This document shows, one piece after another, positions 57,695 through 64,000 of a stretch of DNA of 64,000 bases. A program made the translations under genes and the position numbers. This DNA comes from Squalus acanthias (Eukaryota). Within the stretch, counting starts at the first letter, position 1; the number at the start of each line of letters is the position of its first letter. The stretch lies in assembly GCA_030390025.1 (NCBI GenBank), contig CM059432.1, forward strand, positions 121,646,001-121,710,000. Reading direction: 5' to 3'. The notes under the pieces were generated by a model that ran no database searches, had not been told where the DNA came from, and saw only the letters and a list, made by a program, of their open reading frames with translations.

Positions 57695-60600
57695 TGGGGA
57701 GGTGGGGTGGCTATGTTAATAAAGGAAGGAATCACTGTAATACAGAGTAATGATATTGGGTCAAAAAATCATGATAATGAAACAGTTTGGGTGGAGATAA
57801 GGAATAATAAGGGGAAAAAAACACTAGTGGGCGTAGTCTATAGGCCTCTGAACAGTTGCAACTCTGTTGGACGGAGTATCAATCAGGAAATAGTTGAGGC
57901 ATGTAATAAGGGAACATCTATAATTATGGGGGATTTTAACTATCATATTAATTGGACAAATCAAATGGGGCAGGGCTGCCTTGAGGATGAGTTCATTGAG
58001 TGTATTAGGGATGGGTTTCTTGAGCAGTATGTAACTGAACCGACCAGGGGGCAAGCAACCTTAGATCTGGTCCTGTGTAACGAGACAGGATTAATTAAAA
58101 ATGTCCTAGTAAAGGATCCCCTTGGAATGAGTGACCATAACATGGTTGAATTCCATATTCAATTAGAGGGTGAGAAGGTTGGATCTCAAACAAGCATGCT
58201 AAGCTTGAATAAAGGAGACTATGAAGGTATGCGAGCGGCATTTAGTAGAGTGGATTGGGAAAATAGATTAAAGGGTAAGACGACACATGATCAGTGGTAT
58301 ACATTCAAGGAGTTATTTTACAACTTCCAAAAAATATATATTCCACTGAAAAGAAAAGGGTGTAAAAGAAAGGACAGTCATCCGTGGCTAAGTAAAGAAA
58401 TTAAGGATAGTATTCGACTAAAAACAAGGGCATATAAGGTAGCAAAATCTAGTGGGAGGACAGAGGATTGGGAAAACTTTAAAAGGCAGCAAAAAATAAC
58501 AAAAAGATTGATTAAGAAAGGGAAGATAGATTATGAAAGTAAATTAGCAAAAACTATAAAAACAGATAGTAAGAGTTTTTATAGTTATATAAAAAGAAAA
58601 AGGGTGGCTAAAGTAAATGTTGGTCCCTTAGAGGATGAGACCGGGAAATTAATGGTGGGAAATATGGAGATGGCAAAAACACTGAATGAATATTTTGTAT
58701 CAGTCTTTACAGTAGAGGACACTAAGAATATCCCAACACTGGACAAACAGGGGGCTATAGGGGGAGAGGAGCTAAACACGATCAAAATCACTAAGGAAGT
58801 GGTACTCGGTAAAATAATGGGACTCAAGGCGGATAAATCACCTGGACCTGATGGCTTACATCCAAGAGTCTTGAAGGAAGTGGCGGTAGGGATTGTAGAT
58901 GCATTGGTAATAATTTTTCAAAACTCCCTGGATTCCGCTAAGGTCCCGGCAGACTGGAAAACTGCTAATGTAACACTCTTATTTAAAAAGAGAGAAGTCG
59001 CACAACACCAGGTTATAGTCCAACAGATTTATTTAATTTTACAAGCTTTCGGAGCTGTCGCTCCTTCGTCAGGTAAGTTAGCAATGAGAGAATCTCCCAG
59101 AATTCACAATTTAAACCCAGACAAAATCTATTCACATTATTCGCTACAACAAAGAGCACAGCCAAGACAATGAGATGTGTCCCAGGGGGTCCAACGTGTC
59201 AAACCACCTGCTGGCTGCATATCCTGTCAATTTGTGTTCTTGTGTTAGCCTTTTAAAAAAAAACCAAAAAAAAATTTAAATTTAAAAAGGGCAGTAGACA
59301 GAAGGCTGGTAACTATAGACCGGTTAGCCTAACATCTGTGGTAGGTAAAATTTTGGAGTCCATTATTAAGGAAACAGTAACAGGACATTTGGATAATCAT
59401 AATTTAATAGGACAAAGTCAGCATGGTTTTACGAAGGGGAAGTCATGTTTGACAAATTTGCTGGAGTTCTTTGAGGAAGTAACATATAGAGTGGATAAAG
59501 GGGAACCAGTGGACGTAGTGTATTTAGACTTCCAAAAGGCATTTGACAAGGTGCCACACAAAAGATTATTGCTTAAGGTAAAAAATCACGGGATTGGGGG
59601 TAATATTCTGGCATGGATAGAGGATTGGCTATCTAACAGAAAGCAAAGAGTTGGGATAAATGGTTCATTCTCAGACTGGCAATCAGTAACTAGTGGTGTT
59701 CCACAGGGGTCAGTGCTGGGTCCCCAACTCTTTACAATCTATATTAACGATTTGGAGGAAGGGACCAAGTGTAACATATCAAAATTTGCAGATGATACTA
59801 AGATGGGAGGGAAAGTAGTGAGTGAGGAGGACATAAAAAACCTGCAAGGGGACATAGACAGGCTAAGTAAGTGGGCAGAGATTTGGCAGATGGAATACAA
59901 CACTGGAAAGTGTGAGGTGATGCACTTTGGCAGGAAAAATCCTAGAGCAATTTATTATCTTAATGGCAAGAAACTGGAGAGTACTGAAGTGCAAAGGGAT
60001 CTGGGGGTCCTGGTGCACGAAACTCAAAAGGTTAGTATGCAGGTGCAGCAAGTGATTAAGAAGGCAAATGGAATGTTGGCTTTCATTGCTAGGGGGATAG
60101 AATATAAAAATAGGGAGGTATTGCTTCAGTTGTACAAGGTATTGGTGAGACCGCACCTGGAATACTGCATACAGTTTTGGTGTCCTTACTTAAGGAAAGA
60201 CATCCTTGCTCTCGAGGCAGTGCAGAAAAGGTTCACTCGGTTAATCCCGGGGATGAGGGGGTGGTCATATGAGGAGAGGTTGTGTAGATTGGGACTCTAC
60301 TCATTGGAGTTCAGAAGAATGAGAGGCGATCTTATTGAAACATATAAGATTGTGAAGGGGTTGGATCGGGTGGATGCGGGGAGGATGTTCCCGATGACGG
60401 GTGAGACTAGAACTAGGGGACATAGTCTTAGAATAAGGGGCTGCTCTTTCAAAATTGAGATGAGGAGGAACTACTTCACTCAGAGGGTGGTAGGTCCATG
60501 GAATATGCTGCCACAAAAAGCTGTAGAAGCTACATCATTAAATAAATTTAAAACAGAAATAGACAGTTTCCTAGAAGTAAAGGGCATTAAGGGTTACGGG

Positions 60601-60858
60601 GAGCGGGCAGGAATTTGGACATGAGTCTAGGTTCGGATCGGTCATGGCCCTGTGGGTAGTGGAGCGGGCCCAGGGACCATGTAGCCTGATTCTGCTCCTA
60701 TTTCGTGTGTGCAATTCTGTTAGATGTAGGAGATGGTTCTGTGATAGTAGATAGTAGATTGGCGGTTAGGATCAGATCAGCCATGATCTTATTGAATGGC
60801 GGAGCAGGCTCGAGGGGCCGATTGGCCTACTCCTGCTCCTATTTCTTATGTTCTTATG
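57695..60858 (+). mobile_element. CR1 LINE, 5'-truncated in EN, ORF2 split by a ~290-bp insertion
   Basis: ORFs 57707-59173 (CR1 part to 58990) and 59338-60624; tail TTCTTATGTTCTTATG. Confidence 0.93.
58991..59279. mobile_element. Insertion with Penelope-type end carrying a hammerhead motif (59041-59074, minus)
   Basis: Flanked by ATTTAAAAAG (58981-90, 59280-89); minus strand CTGACGA-A-GGAGC gaca GCTCC-GAAA-GCTT. Confidence 0.7.
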
Positions 60859-61284
60859 TGTTTGTACTGGTGTCAACATATTAATGAAACTAGCTGTAAA
60901 TCTAGTCAGCAAAATGTGTGGAAGAGGTTTGGCTTCAAGTACATAGCAGATGTTGGGGAAATTCCAGAATTAGTTGATACCCTGACATATCTGTAGTCTG
61001 CACAAGATCTGTCAACAAAACATTGAATGTGTGTAAATAGACGACAATCTCAAGTTCTCAGACTCAACAACTTCTTGACCCAGTTGACAATGAAATTATT
61101 ATGCAAACAAAGTCAACAAGCATCTGGCAGAGCAAGCACCTGGCATAACATAAATCATTTTTGTTGCAGTGCTTACTGCTCCTTACTTTCACAAATGAAG
61201 CAATACAATGCCAGGCCGTTTCCTTTAAGCTATCCAGGCCAAACACGGTAGACCATGGTAGTGCTCCAGAAACTCATTCTTAAG

Positions 61285-61994
61285 CCCCGATTTTAACTCA
61301 GGGTGGGAGTGCGGCGAGCAGAGGCCGAGGCAGGATAGAAACCCCCACGAAGTCATGGAGGCCCGGGCAATTTTAACATGTTCGTCTCATCCTCATGTTC
61401 CAGGACGGATTCCTATCCGATCCCGGTGGGCATACTGAGGAGGACGGTGGGCGGAAGCAGGATTTAGGGCCGCAGAGGTCCTCGGGGAACCTGCGGGAAC
61501 AGTCCCCAGCTTTAAGTTAAGTGGTGAGGGTGGGGTCCAAGGGCGATCGTAATTGGAGAGGGAGAGGGAATCCTGGGGCGAGGGCAAGTCTAAGATTTCC
61601 TTGTTGACCCCAGGGAAGCACTCCTGTCCCTTTTGGCCAGCAAAAAAATCAAACTTACCCGGGCCTCTTCTGACCAGCCACGATCCTGTTTGCTGTCAGC
61701 TTTCACTGGTGGCCCAGCACTAGGTGCCACTGCTGTGATCGAATATTAAAATCGCGTCAGAGTCCGAATGAGGCAGTCGGACTCCATCATTTAAATATTG
61801 ACAAGGCACCTGCACCTTCCCCGCGACCGCACTCTGCAGAGTTAAAAAAAATGGCTGGCGGGAACATGTCGAGAACAGGGGGGGAGGGGGGCGGGGGGGG
61901 GAGGGGGGGGGGAGGGGGGGGGAAGTGCCCGACCACCATTTCAACCACCTGCCTGTCTCGTTCACACCAGTTCGGCAGAATTAAAATTGGGCCA
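61285..61994. mobile_element. Non-autonomous TIR element
   Basis: CCCGATTTTAA ... TTAAAATTGGG ends; related copy at ~11795-12222. Confidence 0.45.
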
Positions 61995-62143
61995 TTAGTC
62001 TAATTTAGCCATTGGAGTGCAACATTTTGTAATGTGATCTTGAAGTTATTAAACTATTCTGATCACCTGACAGTTCCGAATCTTAAATGATGTAAGAAAG
62101 TATTGCATTGACTTTAAGATTTGCTTTGCTGTCATATGGAGAT

Positions 62144-62750
62144 TGTAATGTATTATCACATGGTTTGTCACATGGTTTAGTATGAGCATGCTCAGTTCGC
62201 TCTGGCCTAGTAAAGCAAGCTCATGAACTAGCAACTGGTTTCTTTGTCCTTCATTTGTTCTACCCACAAATATTACATTTTTGGCGGTGAGGATGGGATC
62301 CCAAAGCCATTTTTAGGGATCATGGAAGGACACAGTGTTCAACCTTTGAGTGGACAAGTTTAAGGTGAATTTGTGACACCTAAACTGAATTTCTTGCGAT
62401 GTTTTACCGTTAATGCTGATGCAGAATCGTCTGTGCTTCACCTTCACGTGTATGTATACACAGCAACAATGGCGTTGATTCTCACAGGCACACAGGTAGC
62501 GTGCTGAGTCACTGTTCAACGGGATCGGGACAATCATGGCCGCGCCTGCAGGATTCATTGGAAACCTCGGCATGTATGACCGAGCTCGCGAACCATTCAG
62601 TTCTTACATTGAGCGGAGGGAGATGTTTTTTAAGGCCAATAACATTATTGAGACCGAAGATACAGATGAGAATATGTTCAAGCTCAAACTTGTGAACGTA
62701 AGAAAGCTATTTTTCTAACAGAGATCGGGCCAGATGTCTATGGAACAATG
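62144..62750 (+). mobile_element. Gypsy remnant: short LTR (62144-62277), Ser-type PBS, gag 5' end
   Basis: TGTAAT..ATTACA, then TGGCGGTGAGGATGGGA at 62282; FIGNLGMYDRAREPFSSYIER.EMFFKANNI. Confidence 0.65.
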
Positions 62751-62752
62751 AC

Positions 62753-62920
62753 AGATTCAATAGTAACTTTCAAAAGTGAATTGGATAAATACTTGAAGTG
62801 CAAATATTTGCAGGACTACGATGACAGAGCAGGGGCGTGAGACTAATTGGATAGTTCTTTCAAAGAGCTGGCACAGGCAGAATTGCCTCATTCTGTGCTG
62901 TATCATCCTATGATTCTATC
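62753..62920 (+). mobile_element. CR1 3' end fragment
   Basis: Similar to 55535-55720. Confidence 0.7.
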
Positions 62921-64000
62921 CACAACTAGACAGATCCTATTACACACACGTTGAATACAAACACGGGTGGCAATCGAGTGCCCTGGGGAAGATGTCAGCT
63001 TGGGGCCACCGCAGTGTTAGGTAGCCCAGCCGGCCTCCTGGCCAGAAGAATGTAGGGGTTGGTTGGACCTCAGGATGGGGTGGGGGGGTCCCGTAAAGGC
63101 AGCAGTCTAAGCTGGTTTTGTGGATCGTGGAGGAATACTCCTGCTCCTTTCTGGCCCCACAAAAATGAACACAAACTTACCTGTTGGCTCCTCGGGAGCT
63201 AGACCGCCAGCTAATAGTGGGCAAAGCAGGCGCAGCACACACTCACTCTCGAAAAATGGCAAACGGAGTCCCAAGTGTGTCACAGGATGCCGATTTGCCT
63301 AATAAATTGGGGAGAAATCGCGGGGGCCACAGTGACAGCGGCAGCAGGGTGGCATGTCACTCCCTACCATTTGTGGGGAGATACCGCCCCATTTTTGCCA
63401 AACAGGAGGCCTCAAAATCTACCCCATGGTTTCAATCTTATTTTTTTTTTTGGCTTGGTAATGCATTGGGATCTTCTTTATATCTCATGAATCTCTTGCA
63501 AAGGCCTCTTCTTTCTAGAGATTGCAATCAATTGGCCAACAACCTCATCCCAGGTCTCCCAACTGGTTCGGCAGTTAGATACAATCACGTACCAAATTTG
63601 GCTGTATTCTATGCCGTTGCATCCTCCACTACCACCAACACCTCTCACTCAGAAAAGTATAGAGCTTCTGAAACTGTTTAGTTTAGCATGCTATTTTCCA
63701 ACCAGTAATGTTACCTCCGAGTTCACTTATAGGGGCCATGGAGCTTATTTCCTGCTTGTTGATGTACTTAACAGCACATGTTGCTGTACACTGATTTAAT
63801 AGATTAACTTAACTTACTGTAAGGTAAAATGCATGCATCTAAACATGGAGCGCAACCAACTCAATAGTGGCTACATGCAATCACTGCCACAAGACTGTCA
63901 ACGTCCAACAAAGAGAAAGCAAACACTATATTCGCTACAAACATTTATTGTATCATTTTCATTTGCTTTAGTTTTTACTGAAGCTGTAATAAAAATGTAG

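Overview
Repeat-dense vertebrate DNA with no supportable host exon. The CR1, Penelope, L2 and MITE content suggests a cartilaginous fish (inference). The window is dominated by a nested cluster of one unusual endogenous retrovirus family with ~1.6-kb TG..CA LTRs and 4-bp TSDs: 4 proviruses or fragments and 2 further LTRs. The family has a tRNA-Arg PBS that is also the start of gag, gag-pol joined by UGA-CUAG readthrough, and a pol with a dead plus a live RNase H. Its env is not a gamma/beta-type SU-TM but signal peptide + Ig-like domain + F-protein-like fusogen, which looks lokiretrovirus-like. A young, near-intact provirus (33366-46070,+) sits antiparallel inside a pol-less relative (28857-54021,-). 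In that relative, pol is replaced by an in-frame Gag-like coiled-coil readthrough extension, and it holds the only intact env. A second antiparallel self-nesting occurs at 3995/3996. Also present: a Penelope element with hammerhead motifs, two large CR1 LINEs, and L2, Harbinger, Gypsy and MITE remnants. All calls are by eye; no database search was run.
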